Below are positions 49,385 to 63,362 of a DNA stretch of 64,000 bases, piece after piece. Position 1 is the first letter of the stretch; each line of letters begins with the position of its first letter. The stretch lies in the NCBI RefSeq assembly GCF_018977255.1, contig NW_024704743.1, forward strand, positions 35,094,001 to 35,158,000, read 5' to 3'. Made by a program: the position numbers and the translations under genes. The notes under the pieces are model-generated. The model was not told where the DNA came from. It ran no database searches and was given only the letters and a program-made list of their open reading frames with translations. Source of the DNA: Callorhinchus milii (taxonomy: Eukaryota).

Positions 49385-49552
49385 TAATAATAATACTTGC
49401 ATTTGATATAGCACTTTTGATGTCTTCTAGACGTCTCAAAGCGCTTCACAGAATATACTGTAAAGTGAATTGACTGTATGTTTGCAGGCGAAATGCGGCA
49501 GCCAATTGTGCACAGCAGTGTCCCACAAACAATCGTGATTGAAGTGACCAAC
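49385..49552 (-). mobile_element. SINE 3' half (older tail type)
   Basis: Deu segment plus gagacgtctagaagac tail. Confidence 0.85.
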
Positions 49553-50147
49553 TTATTTTTTTTTAAATTAATTTTCTTTCTGTGATCAAGGGTGCAGTGG
49601 TTTCAGCTAGAGGTATATTATAGTGAATCTTCCAAACATAAGGTGGGAATAAACTGGTCATTTATTATCTTCTTCGTTGGGAATGTGTGTACCCCATCGG
49701 TTCTGTAGCACAGATCATTTTAAGCTGTGGAACCACACAGTCCCATTTTAGAATGCAGTAATTATTAGGGAGTTGTTAAGTGAGAATAGCATGCTGACTG
49801 GTGGTGCTTCTAGTTTCTTTTCCCAATTGTCACAAATTGAATTTGGGAATAGGAATCAACCAAGAAACTGAACTAGTCCCTGACTTTCAATTGGATTAAA
49901 TTCCCTGGGGTTTCTGCGTTAAAATACATGTATAGTTTTACTATTTTCTTTTAATGCTGTTCAGATTTTGCTGGATGGTTCCAAATAAATTTCAGTACAG
50001 TTATTATCTACTGAAGTATTCAAGAAAGGTAATTGGATGTTGGAGCATTTAGTCAGTCATACATTTTAACAAAAAGTAAGAACACACAGTTTACATATCG
50101 CTGGGGATATAAATCCATTGCCTTAATCACTGCCTTCTCGCACTCCA

Positions 50148-50459
50148 TTTGCAAGTGAGAGACCTGAGTTCAATTCCAGGCAGGGCGAAACCTTGGGCAA
50201 GTTTCCTTACTCCACACACCTAATAATAATCCCTCCAAAACCAAAAACAATAATGGAACAATAAACAATAATAAATTGGTCATTTTCAATCTATGATTGT
50301 TTGTGGGACATTGCTGTGCGCAATTGGTTTCCGCGTTCGCCCACAAACAATTCAATTTACAGTGTATTCTGTGAAGCGCTTTGGGACGTTCTCCCGACGT
50401 GAAAAGCGCTATATCAAGTGCAAGGATTATTATTATTATTATTAAGGATTATTATTATT
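50148..50459 (+). mobile_element. Young SINE, slightly 5'-truncated
   Basis: Same family; duplicated aaggattattatt end. Confidence 0.9.
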
Positions 50460-51877
50460 CTCAGCTGCAGGGTTACACATCACCCACTGTATGTATTAAC
50501 TTAAGGCCAAATTAAGTAAAAAGATTTTAGATGGTGTTGTAGTATAATATATCGTATTATACCATGCACTTGATATAATTTCTTTCACCTGCCTGGAGAA
50601 CGTCTCAAAGTGCTTCACTGAATTTACTGTAAAGTGTAGTGACTGTGTATTGTGTAACAAAGAACAAGTGCAACTTGCATTTATATAGACTCCTTTACAC
50701 AGGACAATGTCTGTACAATGGCAGGCTGGACACCAAGCAAGGGAGAAGGGGAGGGGGGGAAGTGACCATAAGCCCAGTCGAAAAAGTAAGCTTTCAGGTG
50801 GGGTTTAAAGATATCTTAAGAGGGCAAGGCGGAGTGAATGAACTCAAACAACTTGAGCATTAGTCTGTGTGACGAGATCTAATAAATACCACAATGCTCT
50901 GGTCCCCTTTAAGACGAAATTTAAAATCACATGGTCAGCACATCACAGATGACCTCTATTTCAGTTGTCAGCAGAGGCTTCCACGCATTGGAGAGCAACT
51001 GGGGAGTAGGAAGCCTGATTGATCTCTCATCTCAGGGTACTGAAACCAATAATTCAGGTTTGCGAAGGTTAGGCAACAACATGTATACCTTTACTAAGAG
51101 GACAATAAAAGCTGAAACTGATTATCGGCTTATTGAAGCTGGAACGCTGGAATTGTTTCAGAAATGGCTTGAACGTTTAATGGGAGATGGCAAGATGGAT
51201 ATTCTGGAATAATCAGATGAAATGAAACCTCTTGAGATAATTGAGGAGATTTCCGGAACAAAAGCAATAGTTTAATTGTAGTTCTTTGCAAATGTTGCAA
51301 AGTACAATAAATGCAGGAGACAGCACAAAATTACACTGGAGAAAATAAAAGTGAAATTCCCTTGATTGCACACTCCTTAATTTACAATTGCCTTAACTAA
51401 ATTATTTAGAGTAAGGCTGCTTCAGCTCTCTAGTGGATCAGAGCTTATATATGATGGGCAGAAGCCAGAGGACATTAGAACATAAGAATTTGCTAGGCGA
51501 AAGAATACCAAGGTAAATCCAGTTCGCCTTCCGCCATCCTGGCAGTCGCATGACGTGAACAGTGAAGAGGAATCCATCCTTATCAGTGGACAGGCATGCC
51601 AAACCTGATCACAACAATAAGATGGCTGATGTCATTCTATTTCCCTGTGATATCTGAAACGCAACTGGTTGCTGAATCACTAACTCTGGATTTTTATAAC
51701 AATAATCCTTGTATTTTTGTCCCCATTGAGTGAATCTGCAGACACCTGGAACAGTATTTCTCATTACAGGACAAGAACTGTAAGATTTATCATTACTTAA
51801 CTCACCTCAAAAGCAGGGCAAACACACAATGTAATAAGACCCAGACAATCACACAGTGTAATGAGACCTGGACAAGT

Positions 51878-52486
51878 AATAATAATTCTTGCACTTGATA
51901 TAGCATCTTACCATGTCTTCGAGACGTCTCAAAGCGTTTCACAGAATATACTGTAAAGTGAATTTTCTTATATTCAGAACAAATCTACGCAAACACTATT
52001 TCAGTGAGCGAATACTGAACCCGTGAAACAGGCTCCCTAGGGAGACAGTTGACTCAGGAAGTGTTGATTCTTTCAATCACATATTAGGTAGGTTTATTTT
52101 AGGAAATAACATGATGGGACATAGGTAGTTTGGGACATATGTGGATGCAACCGTCAGGAAGGTGGAAGACAAGCTAGGTCTTTTTTCATCTAGCATTTCA
52201 TATGTTCTTATGAATTGACTATATGTTGTGGGCGAAACACGTCAGCCAGATGTGGACTGCAGTGTCCCACAAACAGTCGTAGATTGAATGACCAAATTAT
52301 TTTTTTAAAAGGAATATTATCCCCAGAAATATTGGTCTGCCAATCGACTAACACAACCGGGTTCCTACTTACTGCTAGGCAAAGGCGCGTAAAGTAAGGA
52401 AACTTGCCTAAGGTTTTGCCCTGCCCGGGAATCAAATCCAGGTCATCTCGCTTGGGAAGCCAATGCTCTAACCTCTGAGGTACAGG
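51878..52486 (-). mobile_element. Long-subfamily SINE interrupted by a CR1-like 3' fragment (+, about 51965-52212)
   Basis: SINE tail at 51878-51964 and body/head at 52211-52486. The insert encodes RKHYFSERILNP*NRLP and ends tatgttcttatg. Confidence 0.75.
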
Positions 52487-52659
52487 AAAATACAAAGTGT
52501 AATGAACCTGGACCCAGTACACAGTGTAATAAGACGGGACGTTCTTCCGATGTGAAAGGTGCTATATAAATGGAATTTGTTGTTGTGGTTATTGTAGTAA
52601 TGAGACATGGACAAGTACACAGCGTATTCCAATCCAGACAAGCACATAATTTTCAGATT

Positions 52660-52790
52660 GATTGCAGTGACAAGTGGCGTTCCCCAGATAACAGTCCTGG
52701 GGCCACTACTTCTTACATTTTTATAATTGACCTGGATGAAGGAACAGAGGCTGTATATATAAGTTAACATTGACACAAAGCTCGGAGGCA
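52660..52790 (+). mobile_element. CR1 RT remnant
   Basis: VTSGVPQITVLGPLL...IIDLDEG...DTKLGG. Confidence 0.7.
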
Positions 52791-54113
52791 AAATGGGAAT
52801 TCACATCCCAACAACACTCTGTGTAAAACACATACTCTCATTCTCTCTCTTTGCTCCTTTGGTAATTAGCATCTGGCTCTGTCTAGTCTTCTACTCCTTT
52901 TAAATTTTTTACCATTAGCATTTACGTCTCCTTATTCTTCCTCCCAAAATATATAACTTTATACTTTTTTGCATGAATGTTTATCTATCATCTACCTCTC
53001 TGTCTAAACTACGGTCTATCCTCATATGCCTGCAGTTGCTTCGTTTTCTTCACGGTTAGCTACACTTCCTATGTTTGTGTCATCTGAGAAGTTACAAATT
53101 GTGCCCCTAATACTACAATCCAGATCATTTAAATAAACGAGAAAAAAGTCCTTCCAACCCAATCGGATTTGGCAGACAGTAGGTGCTCTCTATACCCATT
53201 ACAACTAGGGCGAATGAAATGGTGAGTGATCAAATAGAGAATCAGAGAAGATAATGTGTTGGCTTTATGTGGTATACATAATCAATATAGACTTTGTTCA
53301 AAATAGGCATCCCATCAGTTCCCTCATAGTAACTTCTCACTGACTCAGTCACCCATTCATTACAAAGTGTGGCTCACCTGGTCAAGGATCAAAAAACAGA
53401 ATAACTAACATAGGTTTGCTATAATAATAATCATTGTATTTGATATACTGTTGAAAGGTCTCAGAGGGCTTCACAGGCAATTGCTATCAAGTGCCGAAAG
53501 CTGAGACAGCAACTGTGGACGGAAGGACTGGGGAGTGAGCAACAGTGAGACCAGAGTCAGAAAGTGGAGGTTATTGGACTGGAAGAGATTACATATGTAG
53601 AATACTCTATATAGGTTTAGAGTAGAATATAAAATTTAAATATTTAGAATTCAATTTTTTTTAATTAAAACATTTAAAATCTGTTGTGGAGTGAAACGTT
53701 TCAAGCCATACTTCAAATTGTCAACTAAGTGAGTATCCATCATATCTTAGTCTCGCCAAACATTTCCCTGCAGCATAACAAAGCTTCAGTGAAAGATAGG
53801 AGACCACAGTACTCTCCTTTGTGACAACTTACTTCAATCTCCAGGGAAGGTTAGCTCACTCTGCTTTGGCTACTGTGCAAGACCAGGGACCATTTTAGAC
53901 TTTTCTTTGCGACAACTTCACTCCAGTCTCTTACGGACGTTAGCTTTCTATGCAAGTGCAATCTATGTAATCTTTTCCAGCTTGACAGGTCTGAATCAAA
54001 GTAACATCTGATCAGACTAAGCAATCATTTGAGTCCTCACTAAATATCAAGGAATTTAAAGCCTTTTATCAAGTCCACAATCTAAGTAATATCAACTGTG
54101 CTCTTCAACTCAA

Positions 54114-54414
54114 AATAATAATAATCCTTGCATTTGATATAGCGCTTTTCATGTCGGGAGGACGTCCCAAAGCGCTTCACAGAACACACTGTAAAGTGAA
54201 TTGACTGTATATTTGTGGGCGAATGCGGCAGCCAATTGCGCACAGCAGTGTCCCACAAACAGTTGTGGATTGAAAATGACCAATTTATTATTGTTTTTGG
54301 TTTTGGAGGGATTATTATTAGGTGTGTGGAGTAAGGAAACTTGCCCAAGGTTTCGCCCTCTGCCTGGAATTGAACTCAGGTCTCTCGCTTGCAAAGCGAG
54401 TGCTCTAACCACTG
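54114..54414 (-). mobile_element. Young SINE, nearly full length
   Basis: Same family as 8683-9002. Confidence 0.92.
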
Positions 54415-56988
54415 GAGGATCCCAGGAGGGACTCTTATAAAGTCTGTGTCAGTTGCCAATTGAACACTTAGGAGATCATGTCTGTGCTGAGTTACTGCAT
54501 TGTTACTAACTTGAATCATTATTAAATTGCCAAGATAAATCAGTGTTTTAGCCTGTCTATTTTCACAATAATCATCTTCAAAGGTACATAATATCTGACA
54601 TGAAGCAAGAAAACCAATCAGCACAGCTTTGCTATAATCAGGACATGTTGCTTAGACACCAGGATTTATCAATACTGGGAAAAAAAGCTGCTTTCTTGTC
54701 AATAACTATATGTTTACCAGCTAGATTATGGACGTTCATCAAAATAAAATGTTGCAATCAGTACAGCACACATTTTGCACTGCATTGTTCAGTGCGAAGA
54801 TTTACAACAAATGACGCTATCCAAAAATAAATTAGTCAATGCTCGATGATTTAATGTAAAATGCCCAAATGTTTTGTTGAATTGAAGGGAGAAAGTCTGG
54901 CTGGCAAAGTATTATAACAGCAAAGTACTAGAGGAGCAAAGTACTAGAGTGTGCAGGCATCTGTGAAATGGTACTTCAGGAGGAGGAACCAATTTCATGA
55001 ATTAATTAAATTAACAGAAAATAATAATAACCAGATGTTTTACCAATACAGAGCACTGGTAAGCTTTATGGTACGTTTTATAGCTATGACCCCCCGCCCG
55101 CCCACTCCCCCCAAATGTTTTGGATCAGAACCTTCAGCCATATCTATACTTCTGTATCTCATTCATGAGCAAACAGTCTGATCAACCATCACCAAGATCT
55201 TGGATTACTGTTAAGGACCATTAAAGTCATTAAAAAAAAATTCTGCTCAAAAATGTTTTGGTGACAGTCAATCAGTTTTTTTTTAAATTTCAGTTGAGAA
55301 TTTTTTTTTGATCTTACCTGGTATCCAGATTGATGAGCACATATGGATTTCCGAGAATGTGCAAGTATTGGATTTCATCTGGCACAATGTGGCGGGTTTG
55401 GGATGAGATGTGTGTGTATTCAATTCATGAATAATGAGTCACTCATGTGAGTGCTCATGGCACGGACTGACCATGACCAGTCTCGTGTGTATTTCTAGTG
55501 CAAGAAACACTCACAAAGATGGTTGCATCTAACCAGCCAACATTCTCCTCATGTGCTGCATGTAAACTTCCCAGTTTGCACTGAAAGAGTACTGCTCTTT
55601 GCAATAACAGGACCAGAGGGCAGCAGCAACAACTTCACATTAATACAGTGTTTTTCACGTCGAGAGGATGTCCCAAGGTGCTACATGTACTTGTATAATG
55701 TAGGACACGGTAAACTCGCACACTCGCGACACGCCTTATTAATGGGGTCACCCTATTCTTGGCTTGCTTTTCTTGAGTTTTTTTTGTGTTCTAAAATACA
55801 ATCCCAACTTTCACCAAATATAACTTTCCTTTGTGAAATGCTCAATCAAAAGGTCAGAGGAGTACTCAATATCAAAGCTTATACATTTAAAATTGTTCAG
55901 GACCAGTGAAACTCTAGCCCATTACGCGGGGGAAGAGTTTGAATAAGTCAAAACACATCAGGAGTGGAGAGAAGATTGCAGAAAGATTAATATGGGAGCG
56001 GAAGAAAGGAGGGAAATGATCAGCCTCATTTCAAAATTCAAGCACTTTTCATACAAGCAGTGCTGACTACATTACTATAGAAACATCTTGTGCCACTTTC
56101 AGATGTATTCCTTTCCTAGGTTGAACTGCGCTCCTACACAGAATGTCAACCTTCATGAGGAAGTGTGTAAAAAGTGTGCTGAGTAGCTTTGACAGTTGCA
56201 AGAGTTACAAATACCATTACCTCTTATTACTCATCAATCTCTGACACCAAAGATAAATGTTTATACTTGAATGAGCTTGGGAATCTTCACTTTTCTTGAC
56301 ATGCCTTCAGTGTATTGGTTGCAAGAGAAGCTGAAATTATCTCCCAAAGCAGACTCTGGCGTTTTATTGTTCCATCTCAGACTTATAGATGATAATGTAT
56401 GGAGAATATAAGATTAATGCATCCAATTTTCATTGATTAAAGCCCAACCTTTAGATGCAACTGAAATCTGTTGTTGGATCAACTTAACGATCCTGGTCCT
56501 AACCTTCAAAATTTTGTCCCTTCTCTATCTCTGCAATCTCCTCAAGTCCTATTGTCCTACTTGTACCTCCCACCCCTCTTACTCTTCTCTCAGCATCCCA
56601 TGAAGGTAGCTGAGCATTCAACCATTGTGCCCTGCTCTCGTAACTCCTCCAATATCTCTGCCTTCTGCCTTTTTTCTGTCTTAAAAACTCTCTTAAAGTG
56701 CCTCTTTTGGTCCTGTTGATCATGACGGTTCAACAATCTCAAAATCCCCTAGCTGCTCAATGATCCCTCACCTTATTTGTAAAGAGCTGAGACATTATCC
56801 TGCGTTAACATGTCTTCAGTATGCTGATCACAACAGAAACTGAAATTATTTCCCAAAGCAGACGCTGACATTTATTGTTCCATCTTAGTGTTATAGATGA
56901 TAATGTGCAAGAGTGGAAGGTAAAGGTAAGGTAGGACAATAAGCTATTGTAGAAGTAGGGAAAGGGCAAGATTGTGAAAATATTTTAA

Positions 56989-57258
56989 ATTTCCAGGCAG
57001 GACGAAACCTTGGGCAAGTTTCCTTACTCCACATGCCTAATAATAATCCCTCCAAAACAAAATAATAATAAATTGGTCATTTTCAATCTACGACTGTTTG
57101 TGAGACACTGCTGTGCGCAATTGGCTGCCGCGTTTCGTCCACAAATATACAGTCAATTCACTTTACCGCATATTCTGTGAAGCACTTTGAGACGTCTAGA
57201 AGACTATATATCAAATATATATATAAGACGCTATATCAAATGCAAGGATTATTATTAT
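56989..57258 (+). mobile_element. Short-body SINE with older-type tail
   Basis: Lacks the long internal segment but has the gagacgtctagaagac tail. Confidence 0.85.
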
Positions 57259-58934
57259 AAGTCAGGACCAGAATATTTAAACCAAAGTAACAACAGATTG
57301 CAAGTGCATCTAAAGATTATGTTTTCTACAAATTAAATTGTTAATTTACTTCATGGCTATTATTATTTATCAAGGTGCAAGCTGTTATCACTTGATTTAA
57401 CAGCTTGTTATTGCAATTTCCATGAGAGAATTTCTTCTGCTGCACAGGAATCTCTCTTGATCAAAAGCTACTTGATCTTGCTACTTGAGGGAGGGAAAAT
57501 AAAATGAAGGCAGTCACCCTTAGCTGACTTTCTCACACCTTGCACTGGTTAGTTATAGAGAAACACTAGTAGTCATCTGGAAGAAGATCACCTGCCTATC
57601 CTTCTCAGCTGGATAAAGTGTATGGTCTAAAGGAGAGGATGGGGACAAACATCATAAAATTGAATTGAAATGTAGTGACTGACAGAATATTTCTAAATTC
57701 ACCAATTTAAACTTTATTTAGGAAAATATTATTGCAGCTTTGCAAGTAGGCACTAATGGTAATCCTAAACAAATTATTGAATTCAATTAGACAACAAATA
57801 AGATGGATTATTATCCTGCAGGTGCATTGACAGAACCAGCCACAGAATAATTACCATCAATAGCTATTCTCTGCAGACATGCATACAGACAAGCCAACTT
57901 CTGAGAGACAATGGATGTCATCAATTACATAACAAACATTCAAATATGCCAAGTACAGTGCAGATAAACGATAAAAATAATTGTTATAACTTTTTTTTTA
58001 AAATGGGTGGCGTGAAATTCATCGTGGGTCTAGATTTATTCTATTAATGTAGCATTTTACAATGTCCAGAATATGGCAAATTGTTCAATTTATCTTCGTT
58101 TTTTGTAGTTCTTAACAAAATTTACAGAAAGCTAGCTTCAAAATTGAGGCTGTATCCAGGATTTGCCAAATTCTGGATGTCCTGAAATACTTTGTTAATA
58201 GAATAAATCTAGACCCAGTTGGAATTTTACTCCTTGGTATATTTGGAACATTTCCCTATTTTGTGCCTTTGTTTTAAAATAATCCCCTCACGTAAAAGCC
58301 TCCCTAGCTTGATGCAAAGTACTGCTCTCCAAACATCAATGTCTCCCATAGCTGGTTGCAAGCAAAAAATTCCCAAGAAATTCCAAGGTATATCTGCCCC
58401 CGGCCCCCCAAACCAGGAGATGTTATAATCCACTCGACAAATCTCAGGATGAGGAACTCCGCTGAATGGGTCTAACAGGCCTATTCCCAGTGTGTGAAGC
58501 TGAGAGTCAGGATGTGGCTATACAAGTCTTGGATGCCATCAACATAGACTAATCTACTGAAATGGATACAATTGGACCAAATTTAGTGAGATGGATTTAT
58601 AGAATTCATAATCCATCCATTTGAAATAGTGCCTTATCGCACTGCTGAGATGTCTCAAAACGCTTTGTTACTGTAAAGCATAGTGACTGTGCATTTTGTA
58701 GGTAAATGGGATACATCGAGACATTTCAGGAGGTCTAATTGTAAAGTCTGTGATGATTTTATCCAATCCCTAAATCAGCAGAAAAAGTTCATTTTTTGTT
58801 ATTGTTTGAAATTCATAATTTTGTTTAAGGTATGTGTAATTTACAGTAACAAGACCACTTGATACTGTCCATATTGTAACCACTACAATGCAATGGTTTT
58901 GCTGTACTTCACATAGAATGTGTATCTTCTATGT

Positions 58935-59104
58935 CAGGGATGGCCAACTTGCGGCCCACGTGAGTATTTTACATATGTGTCATGTGGCCCACCTACTCTA
59001 TGTAATTGATTGTGTTTATGATTGATCAGCCTTTCACGGACCAGGCCACTATTTATTGCATTATTTTGGTTTTCGCATCTACCATTGAGCTTGGCAACCC
59101 CTTG
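58935..59104. mobile_element. Possible hAT-type MITE
   Basis: CAGGGATGGCCAAC...TTGGCAACCCCT(T)G imperfect TIRs; no 8-bp TSD visible. Confidence 0.4.
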
Positions 59105-59750
59105 ATCAACCATCAATCTTACTTCAAAATCAGTCAGTTGAGCTACGGGAAGAAATCTTTACACGGGCTATCTGTGTTTCAAAACTACTCCACTTACTCT
59201 GGAAAATAAGTACCGATTCTAGAATACCCTCAGGAAACTAAGGCTGACTGTATTCAGAAGTCAAACCTCTCTCGTTGAATAATTTACACAATTCTTTTTG
59301 AAGGCTTTCTTGGTACTTCTGCCAAAAAAAAGAATGAAAGTAAATGTCTTGGTACTGCAGTAAAAGCTGAAAAGATTGGAACACAGAAAGCATGAATAAT
59401 ACATTTGAGATCAAAAAAGGTCTGTCAAAATATATGTGGTCATGATATGCAGTAACTGAGGTCACTAATTAACACACATTGGTTTCCATCTTCAGCAAAC
59501 TAACTTTTTCTATTTTTTATTTTTTTTTATTTACACAAAGGTTGATCATAGCTAAAGTAAATGAATATGGATGTTGAAGGATTGGCATTTGAAAGCCTCT
59601 GATCATAACAGAAGCAGTTGAGAGTCCTTGTTATCAGCCCTTGTTATCCCTGCAAGCCAACGTGTAGGGTGGTCCTAGCTGGAAAAGCAGTGGGAAAGCT
59701 TGCCGGACAACAATAATAATAGTAATATCAATGGCAAGCTGTGTGGATTT

Positions 59751-60170
59751 ACAACAACAAGAAGATTCCATTTATAGAGTGCCTTTCATGTCAGGAATTC
59801 GTCCCAAGGCGCTGTACAGTTGGGTCAGGACCCGAGCAGGGGGAAATGGTCAGGGTGAGGGGAGGAAAGGGAGGGAGCGAGGAGGGGGTAGAGAGTCGAG
59901 AGGGGAGCTGAAGGCACGGTCGAAGAGAAAGGTCTTGAGACCGGCCTTGAAGGAGGAAAGGGAGGAGGCGGCGAAGGCACTGGGGGATAGAGTTCCAGAG
60001 CCTCGGGGCTGAGAGGCTGAAGGCCCGGCCACCGATGGTAGGGCGAAGGATGTGGAGCAGACCGGAGCCAGAGGAACGGAGGGTATGGGCCGGTAAGTAG
60101 GGGGATAGTAGGTCGGAGAGGTAGGAGGGAGCAAGGCCATGAATGGCCTTGTAGGTGAGGATGAGGATTT
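59751..60170 (-). mobile_element. L2 3' fragment
   Basis: Near-identical to 29191-29660. Confidence 0.9.
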
Positions 60171-60440
60171 AGCTGGTTAAGACTCCAGCAGTGCCCCAAC
60201 GCGCACCCTGGGATCCTCAAGCCTTGGCCGATACCTTGAGGAGCTTTGCAGCACACTCTCTGGGATGCTCAATATCTGCCATGATGCATCTCCTGCTTTA
60301 ACCAATCTTGCTTTGTTCTTTCATTCTTCAAAACTGCACAAGCAATTGCATCTATTTAGTTCTGCACCTGGCCCATCAAATTCTTTCCACCCTGCATATG
60401 TGGGATGCTCTGCTCCTCGATGTAAACAGCCATGAAAGTT

Positions 60441-60675
60441 AATAATAATAATAATCCTTGCATTTGATATACACGGTAACCAATTGCGCACAGCAATGTC
60501 CCACAAACAATCGTAGATTAAAAATGACCAATTTATTATTGTTTTTGGTTTTTGGAGGGATTATTATTAGACGTGTGGAGTAAGGAAACTTGCCCAAGGT
60601 TTCGCTCTGCCTGGAATTGAACTCAGGTCTCTCACTTGCAAAGCGAGTGCTCTAACCACTGAGCTACAGGACTCC
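60441..60675 (-). mobile_element. Young SINE with internal deletion
   Basis: Head and tail present; the segment between the Deu part and atatcaaatgcaagg is missing. Confidence 0.88.
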
Positions 60676-63032
60676 ACGAGTCAGTGGATGTATAAATACA
60701 AGTGGTGTATAAATACAAGTTATTGTTATGCGAGTGTGCTGTGCCGGTTCACTGGAATTCCAGCTTTTATATTACCAGCTCCACTCGTGTTATATTTACA
60801 CTATCACATTTCTTTCCATGTTTGACTTAAGACAGCAAGTAAATTTAATTTAATTTAAAGAAACAAAATTGAATATTTAATGACTCAGACGCTGAGCAAC
60901 GCTCACCAAAACTGCACAACAGGCCACCAGAAGCACTCAACATAAGGCTTATGTAAAATTATTCTAAGCATCTAGAAATATTAAATTCTGTTAAAGATTG
61001 GAAGAAACTTGTTCCACTGACGGTGCAAAGTGTATGACAACAACAACAACAACAACAAGATTCCATTTATAAAGCGCCTTTCACGTCAGGAGGACGTCCC
61101 ATTACTTTACTGAGAATAACCAGCACTATTGTACAAGTCGTTGAAACCAACTCTCTTTTCTTCCACTGTTACTTTCCTTCTCCATATCTTTCTTTTCAGC
61201 CTCTTTGTGCCTCTTGTGCCGTTTGTATAATTCTTCCTATTTTACTGTGTGCTACAGTTTCTTCTTCTTGTGGGCTTGCTCCTTGTGTGCTTGCTCTCTC
61301 TACTTCTCTTGGTCCTCTGATCCCAAAAATGAGCAGCGCAACAATGTGTGGTGACAAAACTAAATAGCCGAGATTCTCCAAGATGTTGTAGTTTTTTTTT
61401 AAACTTTCTTTTCACCAAGATGTTGTCATTTCTTGTCAATACCCATTTCTTCCCTTCCTTCTTTCACAAATGCTCTAAAATAAAGCCTCCGTATAGATTA
61501 GAGGCCATGAGCAAAACCATCCATTTTAATGTTAATCATCTCCTGCAAATTTTGTAACATACTTTGTTGAAACATCCCTTACATATAACCGCTATATCTT
61601 ATCAAAACCATGAAAAGCTTAGTTACTTGTGGATACTGAAGATTTCATGGCACAATTCGAAAAAAAGGGAGTTTCTCCATGTCCTAGACAACAATCCCTC
61701 TGATAAAATTGTGGAACATCTCTGTGTGCAAATTGACTGCTGCGTTCGCATACAAATACACATGCTTACACTTAACACTGAAACTCTGAGACATTTTGAT
61801 GTTTATACACATTATATAAAATGTACAGATTATTTTAAAAATGATTATCATCATCCATTGATTGCAGCACAGATCTCTGTGCGACTCAGAAAACAAAGCC
61901 ACATTGAATTTGAGATCGATTTGCAAGATTGGCTTGTAGCTTAATAAATGTTATACTACAGTGAAGAATGAGACCCTAAAAATATAGTCTAATCAAGTTT
62001 CAAATTCATCCGATTAAAGCTGCAGTTCAGACGTACCTTCCCAATAATAGTGCAACCGGATTATTTGAAACACCCGAGGGAAATTTACAACTCCTTAACA
62101 AATGTCTTTTATCATCGTTCACTCTGAAGTAGCAATGGAATTCCAATTTTTATTACCCAAACTCTAAATTTAAGGTGACTTGTTAGACCACGTGCATTTT
62201 ATTAAGGTGCACATAATCAATTAACTGGCTTTAAAAAAAATACATTGTTTAGACAAATAGGCAGACATCCAATGACCCATAGGGCTTTAACATAATAGTC
62301 TTGAATTGAGAGAGCATTTATCACCAAATTCCATTGAATATTACTTCCTCATTGAAAATGTGCTGCTCGTATGGGAGGCAAACAATTACTGTCCTAGTGC
62401 TCCTGGAACCATACGTACTGCTCTTTCTAAATAAAAATGTGTAGGCTCTCAATACAAAATGACTTAGAACAAAAACACTGACTAACCATTTCACAAAAGT
62501 TGTTTGCAATTTGGGATTATTAAGGATTTAAAAATCTGGTTCAGAAAATTGAATTGTTTCTTACAAAATAGATGTTTGTGTGATTTAACATTAAATAGTG
62601 GTAGATGGGAACAACTTCCATGGAAACAGCACATAGGAAGCCAAATTTGTGTTGCACATCCCTAGTCCAGGATGACACTCTCCGACTTTTCTGGTGTCCT
62701 GCCCAACAATCCCCCAAATAAAGTTGCTCATTCATTTCATGGCTGTTTGTGGAACATTGCTGTGTGCAAATTGGGTACCGTATTTGCCCACAAAATACAG
62801 TCCAGGGATACTTTACGGTAATCACTTTTGAGATGTTTTGACAACATGACAACACTAAATCAAATACAAGGATTATTAATATTTTTAATGTAGTGTAAAT
62901 GAAAATTGAGGTATAATTTTTGTTATTCAAGATCATCTGAGACCACAACAACAACTTGCACTTATATAGCGCCCTACATGAAGGGCAGTGTCTCAGAGCG
63001 ACACAAGTGGAGCAATGAGGTGAAAACCTCGT

Positions 63033-63362
63033 GGAGTCCTGTAGCTCAGTGGTTAGAGCACTCGCTTTGCAAGTGAGAGACCCGAGTTCAATTCCAGGCA
63101 GGTCAGGGCGAAACCTTGGGCAAGTTTCCTTACTCCACACACAGCCCTAATAATAATCCCTCCAAAACCAAAAACAATAATAAATTGGTCATTTTCATTC
63201 TACGACTGTTTGTGGGACACTGCTGTGCGCAATTGGCTGCCGCGTTCGCCCACAAATATACAGTCAATTCACTTTACAGTGTGTTCTGTGAAGCGCTTTG
63301 GGACGTCCTCCCGACGTGAAAAGCGCTATATCAAATGCAAGGATTATTATTATTATTATTAT
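63033..63362 (+). mobile_element. Young tRNA-Deu SINE, full length
   Basis: Same family. Shares the caggcaggtcagggcg variant with 46221-46550. Confidence 0.93.

Noticed and set aside
55318..55378. 61-nt minus-strand segment with strong donor CAG|gtaaga
   Set aside because: Poor acceptor, frame-shifting, no supporting neighbours; likely a pseudo-exon.
60682..60720. Short tandem duplication of tgtataaatacaagt
   Set aside because: Ordinary slippage in an L2-type tail remnant.
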